NCBI RefSeq assembly: GCF_000195855.1 | Contig: NC_002677.1 | Location: forward strand, 2,400,001 to 2,432,000 | Reading direction: 5' to 3' | DNA: 32,000 bases | Source of the DNA: Mycobacterium leprae TN | GTDB taxonomy: Bacteria > Actinomycetota > Actinomycetes > Mycobacteriales > Mycobacteriaceae | Made by a program: the position numbers and the translations under genes | The notes under the pieces: model-generated | Databases searched by the model: none | Seen by the model: only the letters and a program-made list of their open reading frames with translations | What the model was told of the DNA's origin: nothing | Shown here: positions 24,063-32,000 of the stretch, one piece after another | How positions within the stretch are numbered: the stretch's first letter is position 1 | Layout: the number at the start of each line of letters is the position of its first letter

Positions 24063-25977
24063 GTGATCGACGAATTCTGTGAGTCTCATGGTGTCGCGCC
24101 TGGTGAACAGGCCAGCGGCGCCTTTTGACATCGGTACAACAACCGAATGTTATTGGCCACTATGCGAGACGACTCCTAGGTCGCCGTCCGAGATGTCCTA
24201 CTCGAGCTTTGACAGGCACTTTGGCGTCGCGACTAGGAGGCAGTAAAACGTTCTTACCGGCCGACTGTATCTATGCCGACCTTCCGGTTGGTCCAACTTT
24301 GGCAGCTCGGGGCCTAACGATATCGTGAAGCGGCTCCAGTTCGGAACTCGAATCTGCTTAGCTGAGAATACCAAAATCACGACAGCCCGCTGGTGTGCAA
24401 CGGCGCCGACGCCATGTCTCGGTTCACCTGGTAGCCGAAAACAGCAGTGCGCAGGTCGCACTGTGGAAGGACTATTTGGGACACGGCCAGCATGGCCGCT
24501 CAAAGCACCGTGGACCTACTTAGCGGAGCTCGCCGCAGCCGACACGTCTTGGGTGCTCAACGTGACAGGTCTGAATCTAAGTCGGCTGTCATTTAAAAAC
24601 CAAAGCAGCGGAAACGCCAGCGACGATTCACTCAACTAGTAGAAGCTAGCATTCTCGAATTGAAGATGTTACGCACGGGATACTTTAAGAAAGTAAAGCA
24701 CAAAGTCTACAAAAGAGGCAACTCATGACCAATCAGACCGACCATGGCTTTCGAGGCTCTCACTATAGAGAGTCCGAGCGGGAAATAGTTCCGTTGGGAT
24801 ATCGGTAGTTCGCAGCCGGTAGTGCAACAGCTGGTGGCCTTCGGCGGTCAAGCAGGCTAGGCATAAAGCTGACAGAGTCAGGGTCAATTTTCAGATAGGC
24901 TTACACTACAAAACTAGACAACAGGCTTGAGAGTTAATTTGACGCGTTGGCCGAGAATGTATTCTACCACGTGTTCCTCGACGAGGAAGAGACCCATTAC
25001 GTGCATGCCCTGCACCTTGCCGCTCGGCCAGCGGCGCGCCTATATAATATCCAAATTCGGATGGCACAATGTTAACGACGTACAGTGGGAAGGGTTGCCA
25101 TCCAACAGCTTCGAACGGAGGTTCACCGCTGGAGAGCGGCTTCTGAACTACCTGGAGACCTCGACCTAGTGTGGCTCGTTTCGGTACTGACGCCCTGGCA
25201 CATATAGAGAACATGGGTTCCAATCCGGCTTGGAAGAAGCTGCTGCAGGATCAACTAGGCCGTTATTGGGCTCCTGCCGAATGACTTCCAGGTGCACATG
25301 CCGATCTGTGCGGTCCCAGCGACCCTCGTCGATTGACTTAGGCAGCGATGGCCGCGGGCCGTCTACCAGTGCATGCGTACAGCGCATCTCGGTGACGTAC
25401 AAGCCGCCCTCGAGGATCACATCACGCACCTAACTTGGTCGCGCTAACAGCGTTCAAATCTATCAGACACACTAGTTGCGAGCTCTACGCACAGGAGCAC
25501 TCACCATTGCACACTCGGCAACTAGGGGCAGCTTGACCGATCAGGCGCATAGACCGCAGATTTGGCGTAGCTGCCCGATCATAACAAAAGCAGGACGCTC
25601 ACGAGCAGTAGGATGGCTTCATCACCGCACCTGGCCTCGATCGTGGTCACGCTGACCGCCTTCTTAGTGAACAGCAAAGTTTTTTCCTCTACTGTAGGAG
25701 ATCGGCAGATCTTCAGCTCGGGTGATTCCACCGGGAGCGCTGTGTCTATATCTCGGCATCTTGCTTAGTCTGGCACATCTAAGTGCGCGAAGAGCATTGC
25801 TGATCAAGGGCTTCTGACTATGTGCCGCTTGCCGTGCTCTAGACTGGACATCCCACGACACGCCAGGACTCCGCTATTTGATGTACCGACTACCCCAAGA
25901 ATGCAGACTATCGTAATAGCCGCAGGTGCAACGTTTGACGAAGTGTTCGCCGCGGTGGCGGCCCACGTGGTGCTATT

Positions 25978-26009
25978 CTATGGCTATAGGGATCTATGGC
26001 TATAGGGAG
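25978..26009 (+). repeat. 16-bp tandem duplication (CTATGGCTATAGGGAT / CTATGGCTATAGGGAG)
   Basis: Read directly; 15 of 16 bases identical between adjacent copies. Confidence 0.95.
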
Positions 26010-26069
26010 CCTTGCGCGTGCAGCCATGGCCGGCGACCTCCAAATCCAGCCGGTCCGAGCAAGCAGCAA

Positions 26070-26100
26070 TGCTGATCCTCATCCTTGATGAGGATCAGCA
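26070..26100. repeat. Perfect inverted repeat / hairpin, 14-bp stem, 3-nt loop
   Basis: TGCTGATCCTCATC-CTT-GATGAGGATCAGCA; the arms are exact reverse complements. No downstream T tract. Confidence 0.95.
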
Positions 26101-26689
26101 GGAACTCCACAAAGCGTGGGAAGCACCAACCTACAATCGATGAGGTTCAACCGAAGTCGGGTTACATGCAGTCGGATGCGGACGCGGTCAAGGACTGCGA
26201 CTGGACAGCTGCGAGTGCGAAGTCGTCCTTGATCGTGTCGACAACAATTGCCGACGGGTTGGCTCCGACGAACCAGTAGCCCGCACACCCGCTACCAGAC
26301 TAAGTAACCAGAACTTCTCGTTTATCCGCTACAACCTTGGCAATCGAGTTATATCGTCGACCGGCCAGTGCAACTTATGCTAGCGGTTTAGCACGGATTT
26401 CCGATATCGGTAGGCTCCGCAAATCAGACTTCTGCTACGGGATAACGACGGTGCCGGAGATGGTGTTTCGTCACGCTTTAGACACTGGTCTCGTATGTCA
26501 GATATAGCATGCCAATCATGCCGCCGTCGGAACCGGCATTATCGTAGTATAGGTGAACCGGATCCGGACGTGTTGTCTTCATCGCTGATTGCCACGCCGC
26601 TACGGTGGGAGTTGTCGTAACAGACGATCCAGATTCAATTGGCCGACAGTCCGCAACACCATCAGATCGGTAGCAAGCTGCGTCGGTTC

Positions 26690-27845
26690 ATCTCTTTTCA
26701 GTCGATCTTTTTGTCAAGGCGGTAGAAGTGGGCGATTGCCATGAGCAACAGCCGGCAACGCCTCAATGGTGTTGGCCCCGCTCCAGTCACCGTCCTAGGC
26801 AAATACACGCAGTAAGTGGTGCATGCCGGTGCGCCACAGCGCTGTACCCAGAAAGTAGAGTTCCGCGGGACCGAACCCGTACGACGGGTACAGGATCCTG
26901 CAAAAAGACGCCATCTCAATCACCCAGGCGATAAATGTTGGTGGCCGAGCCTCTAGGTAATTCATTCTCAACTCACCGTCGAGATAGAAATTGTTAAAAT
27001 CCTTTTCCAGATAGCAAGATTCACATTGATAGAAGTAGCAATACAGAAAAATTATTGAGTTTCCCAGACTGTCGAAGAAAGTCAAGAATATACAGTGGAT
27101 TGCTCTTGTATAAACCACAGTCTCGGTCTTCGAAACCGAAATGGAATTGAAGCAGCTTGCCAAGTCGCAACGCTTGCTGTAGCACAAAACGCAGCAGCCT
27201 CCTATACGCATAGACAAACACTACCGGTATAGCGCACCACGCGGCTTGCGTTCTCAACAGCTTGTGATACTTATGGCTCGGTCAAGTGGCCGTCACACCT
27301 GGCCCAGTAGGCCAGGATAGACTTGGAAACTACCGAGGTAGCTCAGCTCCGGATGCAAAATCCCCCTCCCGAACACCGATGCGTAGGCACCGGACATCTA
27401 CGCGGCCTGCTCGGCTACCTACTCAAGACAAATCACCTAGTGCACAGAACCTCCAAACAGTGCGTTCAGATCAAAAGCATCGGCTATACCCTCGCCGATT
27501 CCGGTGTCGATCAGTCAGTCATTCACTCTAGCGGTTGGCAAAACAGCCGAGTCAATTCGACTTCGCTGAACTGGCAGTGTAGATCCAATACAACCTGGAG
27601 ATCAATGTGTTTAACCAGATCTAGGATGGGGCTGCAGGGGGTGCAAACAACGAAACCGATCCATGAATTGGACGTAGAGTCGAACTTTGCAAGCGGTTCG
27701 GTGGGTTCGGTGTTAGTCTCGTTGAAAGCATTTTCGAATCGTCTTTAGTCCCTGCGGGAAATTAGCAGCCTTAGACACACTGATCAATGAACACCACTTC
27801 GCCGACATGTTGCGCTAAGACCAATACATCAAACACCACGACAAG
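26690..27845 (-). pseudogene. Glutamine-synthetase-associated (FluG N-terminal type) amidohydrolase pseudogene, Rv1879-like
   Basis: Minus strand: QHVGEVVFIDQCV.GC, FDSTSNSWIGFVVCTPCSPILDLVKHIDLQVVLD...CQFSEVELTRLF, LIDTGIGEGIAD, LLQFHFGFEDRDCGLYKSNPLYILDFLRQSGK, CESCYLEKDFNNFYLDGELRMNYLEARPPTFIAWVIEMASFCRILYPSYGFGPAELYFLGTALWRTGMHHLLRVF. Confidence 0.78.
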
Positions 27846-27849
27846 TTCC

Positions 27850-28330
27850 CAGACCATACAGCCAGAATGATACGCCAGCTGCTCGGGACTCAGGAGCATG
27901 TAGCGCTCCTGCCCTATAAGACGAACGCAACCACCATGTCTATTGCAGGATCGCCGATGCATATCTCGCATTAACTGCGAATTATCAAGTGCAGCAATCA
28001 CTTAATCCCGAAACTCGAGAAGACCGTACTACAACCACCCTGCTGACGGCAGCCGGCCACCGCCTGGATCTACTAGCAGGAATTCGATTTCTCGACCAAT
28101 CACCGCGTCGATTCCTGCTGCAACAAGCAGCAGCCTCAACCCGGCTCAACGTCACGCGGCTGCACGCGGAAATAGTTACGTCGTCCTACTCGAAAAACGC
28201 GGCGGGCGCCCCCAGACAAACCTGTCGCCGATGATGCGTAGTGCGGATAGGTCTATGGCGGTGGCGACACTTCTGTATTCAGTGGGGCGACAAGCTCTGC
28301 AGCAGCGAGCGAGTTAACCTGTCATAGCGG
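27850..28330 (-). pseudogene. glnA3: Glutamine-synthetase-like GlnA3 pseudogene with internal deletion
   Basis: IDLSALRIIGDRFVWG.PAAFFE*DDVTISACSRVTLSRVEAA...IEFLLVDPGGGRLPS fused after about 50 nt to C-terminal VIAALDNSQLMRDMHIGDPAIDMVVAFVL*GQERYMLLSPEQLA. The central catalytic portion is missing. Confidence 0.75.
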
Positions 28331-28335
28331 CCATT

Positions 28336-28367
28336 CTGCAGCACCAACTGGCTGCAGCACCAACTGG
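28336..28367 (+). repeat. Perfect 16-bp tandem duplication (CTGCAGCACCAACTGG x2)
   Basis: Read directly: 28336-28351 and 28352-28367. Confidence 0.96.
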
Positions 28368-28429
28368 CCACTCCATGCTGACGACAGGTAGTGCGGGTCA
28401 CACCACCCTGGCTGGGCAAGGTCAGCTTG

Positions 28430-28835
28430 CAGGACTGCCTTAATATCCCTTATATCCAGAGTCCGCAGAACCCGCCCCGGGCCGATACACAGCGTGTACG
28501 ATATAGTCATAGTCAGGACAACGAACAACTCGTCGGAGAAGTACTTGTGGCGAACTGGTGGGCGGCCTCGGCGGTCAACCCCTCCCGTCCACTGTAACCG
28601 GACCAGGTAAGCCACTCCATCACGCGGCCGTACAACTCTTCATCATCAACCCCTTCGGCAGCACTTTCTGCATCGTGCAGTGTTTACGCAAACGACGCAT
28701 TCGTCGTCGTGGGCGATCACCGCTCGTGCCAGTTCGCGTGCGTGTCAACAGCCAGTGCTTGGTGTAGACTGCCTCTAGACTGAACCCGGGCAACGCGGCC
28801 AAGATCGGGCAAATGCAGAATCCAACCCGTCAAAT
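28430..28835 (-). pseudogene. Carboxymuconolactone decarboxylase / AhpD-like family pseudogene
   Basis: Minus strand: ILAALPGFSLEAVYTKHWLLTRTRELARAVIAHDDECVVCVNTA...AAEGVDDEELYGRVMEWLTWSGYSGREGLTAEAA...HKYFSDELFVVLTMTISYTLCIGPGRVLRTLDI. The ECVVC (CxxC) followed by helix and YFSD.ELV.LT..I fits CMD proteins; one clear frameshift. Confidence 0.62.
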
Positions 28836-28869
28836 CGTCATCCGCAAATGTACCGATTCGGCTCATGGC

Positions 28870-29250
28870 GTGATATTACCCCGCACATTTCCGCAGAATC
28901 GTTTTGCGACTGCTGCCTGTGAGCACCCGAGAGCCATAGTCAACGAATCATCGTGCCAACCACGTTGGACCATAACCCGATGCACGAAGCGTTGCAGGGC
29001 AGCTTCGACCTCACGGTAGCCCGGCCGACCCTGGTAGCTGATCGAGGCGGACCAGCTTGTCGACAATCCAGGCCAGCAGCAGCGAGCACACGTAGTTCAA
29101 TGGTCACATCCCTAGCTGGGGGAAGCCACAATTAGTCGGCGTCGTACAGCGGCTAGCCAGAGTGGTCCGACAACCACATAACAGCACGACCGTCACCGCA
29201 GCCCGATCAGCGCGCTACCGAACGCAGGATGCACGGTGGGTGAGCCTCGA
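28870..29250 (-). pseudogene. C-terminal remnant of an EmrB/QacA-type MFS transporter (Rv1877-like)
   Basis: Minus strand: LTPA.RDVTIELRVL..W.VDKLVRLDQ...GYREVEAALQRFVHRVMVQRGWHDDSLTMALGCSQAAVA, matching the cytoplasmic C-terminal extension. No transmembrane portion remains before the intact bfrA. Confidence 0.62.
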
Positions 29251-29322
29251 CTAGGTCCGCGGTCCGCTGCTCGCGGGTACGTTATACTTACCAGTGGACT
29301 AGCGAGGTTAGCCTCGGGCTGG

Positions 29323-29802
29323 TTAACTCGGCGGCCGGGAGACGCATTGCGCCGAGTACAACTCCTCCCCTAGCTGCCCCATAAGCGCTAGTTGCGTTTC
29401 CAAGTAGTCGATGTGTTCTTCCTCGTCAGCCACGATTTTCTCCAACAGTACAGCGCTGGTGCTGTCCTGCTTTTCCCGGCACATGATGATTCCGGGCTTG
29501 AGCCGACTCATCACCTCGTATTCGATCGCCAGGTCTGCCTCGAATTGCTCACGCAGCGTCTGACCAACGCGCAACGACCCTATGCGCTGGTAATTCGGCA
29601 AGCCGTCCAGAAGCAAGATGCGATCGGTAATCGCCTCGGCGTGCCGCATTTCGTCGAAGGACTCCACGCGGGTGCGCTCTGCTAACTCGGTAAAGCCCCA
29701 GTTTTCTTGCATCTTTGAATGCAGGAAATACTGGTTGATAGCGGTGAGCTCACTGGTCAGTTGCTCGTTAAGCAAGCGCAAGACATCCGGATCACCTTGC
29801 AT
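29323..29802 (-). CDS. bfrA: Bacterioferritin BfrA
   Basis: 159-aa ORF MQGDPDVLRLLNEQLTSELTAINQYFLHSKMQENWGFTELAERTRVESFDEMRHAEAITDRILLLDGLPNYQRIGSLRVGQ...EEEHIDYLETQL. Confidence 0.99.
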   Translation of the reverse strand: MQGDPDVLRLLNEQLTSELTAINQYFLHSKMQENWGFTELAERTRVESFDEMRHAEAITDRILLLDGLPNYQRIGSLRVGQTLREQFEADLAIEYEVMSRLKPGIIMCREKQDSTSAVLLEKIVADEEEHIDYLETQLALMGQLGEELYSAQCVSRPPS

Positions 29803-29890
29803 GAACACTCCTATAACGTGGGTAAGAGATCATGTCGAACCGCTAAAGGTGGACCGAAGCACACCTCGGCTTTAGTTTATCCTCACAAAT

Positions 29891-29920
29891 AACAATACAC
29901 TATGGTAACAATACACTATA
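29891..29920 (+). repeat. 14-bp direct repeat (TAACAATACACTAT) with 16-bp period, upstream of bfrA
   Basis: TAACAATACACTATGG TAACAATACACTAT at 29891-29904 and 29907-29920. Confidence 0.95.
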
Positions 29921-30054
29921 GCCGGGCCTGGGTCAGATCTAGTACAGCAGGTACGGGTCAGTGTGGGATTTTAGTGCACTGTCGGCGCATCACGTGCAAG
30001 CCACCATATCAATCGCAGGTCACTACGTTAAATTTTAGACGAGACTGCACTAAA

Positions 30055-30090
30055 AACCTACTTAGGCCTACTTAGGTTAGACTCCACTAA
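30055..30090. promoter_or_regulatory. Candidate IdeR iron-box region between divergent bfrA and bfd
   Basis: TTAGGTTAGACTCCACTAA (30072-30090) matches TTAGGTTAGGCTAACCTAA at 15 of 19 positions. Immediately preceded by AACCTACTTAGGCCTACTTAGG with a 10-bp tandem CCTACTTAGG. Confidence 0.7.
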
Positions 30091-30195
30091 TATGCGACCT
30101 GTTTGCCCGACGGCATCGCCTGGGTTTCTAATCAAGCGAGATACGATGAGCGCGCATCTAGTGAGGCATGTCACCTGCGGTCGGGAACTTTGCTG

Positions 30196-30420
30196 ATGTA
30201 CGTCTGTCTGTGTGCCGGTGCCACCAACCAAACTGTGTGCGATGTCGTCGCACGTGGTGCGACGACGTCCAAGGAGATAGCAGCCGCTTGCGGAGCGGGC
30301 AGTGACTGCGGACGCTGCCGACGCACATTGCGGGCGATCATCGCCGCCTCAAACCCGACTGTGAAGCCTGACTTAACCCGACCAGCTAAACAATATGTCA
30401 AATTGCGTGGCGGTCGGTGA
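30196..30420 (+). CDS. bfd: Bacterioferritin-associated ferredoxin, BFD-like [2Fe-2S]
   Basis: MYVCLCAGATNQTVCDVVARGATTSKEIAAACGAGSDCGRCRRTLRAIIAAS has the CxC...CxxC BFD domain. It is divergent from bfrA; 74 aa from this ATG. Confidence 0.92.
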   Translation: MYVCLCAGATNQTVCDVVARGATTSKEIAAACGAGSDCGRCRRTLRAIIAASNPTVKPDLTRPAKQYVKLRGGR

Positions 30421-32000
30421 AGTCCACTCAAGCTACGGCGGTGGCCTGAACGCCCATACAGATCAGCGAAGTGAGGACTTCCTCGCACGGGTCGCTGCGG
30501 CGATCTCAGCACAGATCGGTTCGATCCTCGTGGTGCTTGACTGCCATCCAACTTGAAATTGGCCTGGAGGCAAGGATTCGGCATGTCGGCAGGCTTCAGA
30601 CAGCAGAACTTCCGGGTCGCACACCCGCCAGACCAGCCCCATGGGCAACGCTTCGTAGGCGTGAATCCATCTCCCGAGGGCATCAACAGCCAGGCAGCCC
30701 GCCGACCCCGTCACTAGGTCTCTCGCTGTGATGTTTAACCGTTGCCGTGCATCCGCGTTCGCGCGATCAACACCACACAGCACACCGTTCCTTTGGCCAT
30801 CATTCGGTCGTACTCTTGCCAGCTGTCATTGCTGCCGCTCGTAGCGGTAAAAACCTTATTACCTTGAACTTAAATTTTTAGAGTACAAAGCTGTAATTAG
30901 TCGGCATCGGCCAGTCACGGCTGTGTCTCATCCGACCCGCTCCGTGCAGTCATCGACAGTCCCCCACTGCCATTCGCTGGGGAAGGTTATGACCAGCTAC
31001 GACCGGGCCTGCAGATTGGCGATTTTCACTTTCCTCCAGGCGGTAGAACCTATAAAAAGAGGATTCGCCACTGGCGGGGTTTGGCAACAGGACGACATTA
31101 ACTAACGAAGTCTGCACCGTTTCGCCAGAGTGAACCGTGGAGACCACCGCTAGATCGTTTTCTATCGCTGCGAACGCCACAGTATTAGTTAAATGTTGTT
31201 TAGTATCCTCCTAGGAGGTCCTCGCTCATCTGAAACGGTGACTTGAACATGTAGCAGCTAGTTGGAACAACGTCAATATTTTTGTTCACGCCAAATGCAG
31301 TTGTGCTAAGTAATTGCTCAGCTTAGCCCATGTTGCAGATCGTTGTCGTAGGTGTCCTCGAAGAAAGCCTTCAGACCGATGATCGCCTCCGCTAGGAACA
31401 ACTCTTTGACGGTACCCGTGCTTCCCGGCGAGTGTGAAGTGAGAGTACGTACGACCCCAGCCTGGATGTACCCAAATGTCAGCTATATCTCAATGATCAC
31501 CTACGTGTGGCCACGTTGCCAACGACCCAGTCAAGTCCCCCTGTTCTAGGGGAATGAACTGGCATGGCAGAACAATGTTTCCTAAACACGTTGTACGAAT
31601 ACATGATTCAGTAACAATCGGCGTCAGTGGGATCGATTCTGTCATCAAATACACGCCGAGTTGATCGCACTCCTAAGCCAGCCACTTAAGTGCTATCGCC
31701 GTCTGATCAGCAGAGCATTGCTGAGTCCACAGAGTCACCACCAGCAGCAACGTTGTAAACGTCATGAATTTGAGTGGCGAACCGCGCTATTATGTGGACG
31801 TCGATCAAGAACCCGGGAAACCGAACCCAACAGCGCATCGGCGACCGCGCCCCCCTGGGAGCGTACCAACCATCATCGGACTCAGCACGCATAAGCAGGG
31901 CGATTATCTTTTCCTACTAGGGCGAGCTTACCGTCGCTGGCATGGGCATGAGGACGATCTCTGGTTTGCCGGTACCCGAACTGCTATGCGACCAGCCGCA

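Noticed and set aside
26940-27190. Strikingly AT-rich stretch that looks like a horizontally acquired or mobile-element island
   Set aside because: Its minus-strand translation (LLQFHFGFEDRDCGLYKSNPLYILDFLRQSGK...YLEKDFNNFYLDGELRMNYLEARPPTFIAWVIEMASF) fits the middle of the Rv1879-like amidohydrolase at the expected spacing, so it is decayed native coding sequence.

Overview
This 32 kb window matches the Mycobacterium leprae chromosome. The inference comes from conserved proteins and gene order; no database search was run. It runs antiparallel to the M. tuberculosis Rv1909c (furA) to Rv1876 (bfrA) segment and shows typical reductive decay. Twelve ORFs look intact: an Rv1906c-like secreted protein, aao, an Rv1903-like membrane protein, cinA, an Rv1896c-like methyltransferase, Rv1893-like, Rv1891-like, fbpB (Ag85B), rpfC, an Rv1883c-like SRPBCC protein, bfrA and bfd. 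Between them are about twenty recognisable pseudogenes: DUF4262, furA, katG, amidohydrolase, nanT, lipJ, lppD, Rv1898-like, dtd, nitronate monooxygenase, Rv1892-like, a CYP125-like P450, Zn-alcohol dehydrogenase, YceI, secreted chorismate mutase, probable lppE, cyp140, an Rv1879-like FluG-type amidohydrolase, glnA3, a carboxymuconolactone-decarboxylase-like gene and an Rv1877 MFS C-terminus. I found no CRISPR array, phage, intact IS element, rRNA or recognisable tRNA, and no convincing new multigene system. The points most worth a second look are: decayed genes not expected at this locus from the M. tuberculosis map (DUF4262, amidohydrolase, P450/ADH, CMD); clean internal deletions in glnA3 and Rv1877; a set of short 16-20 bp tandem duplications; iron-box-like and direct repeats between divergent bfrA and bfd; a perfect 14-bp-stem hairpin; and an intact D-amino acid oxidase beside a dead D-aminoacyl-tRNA deacylase. 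Pseudogene boundaries are approximate and homologue assignments come from recalled family sequences.
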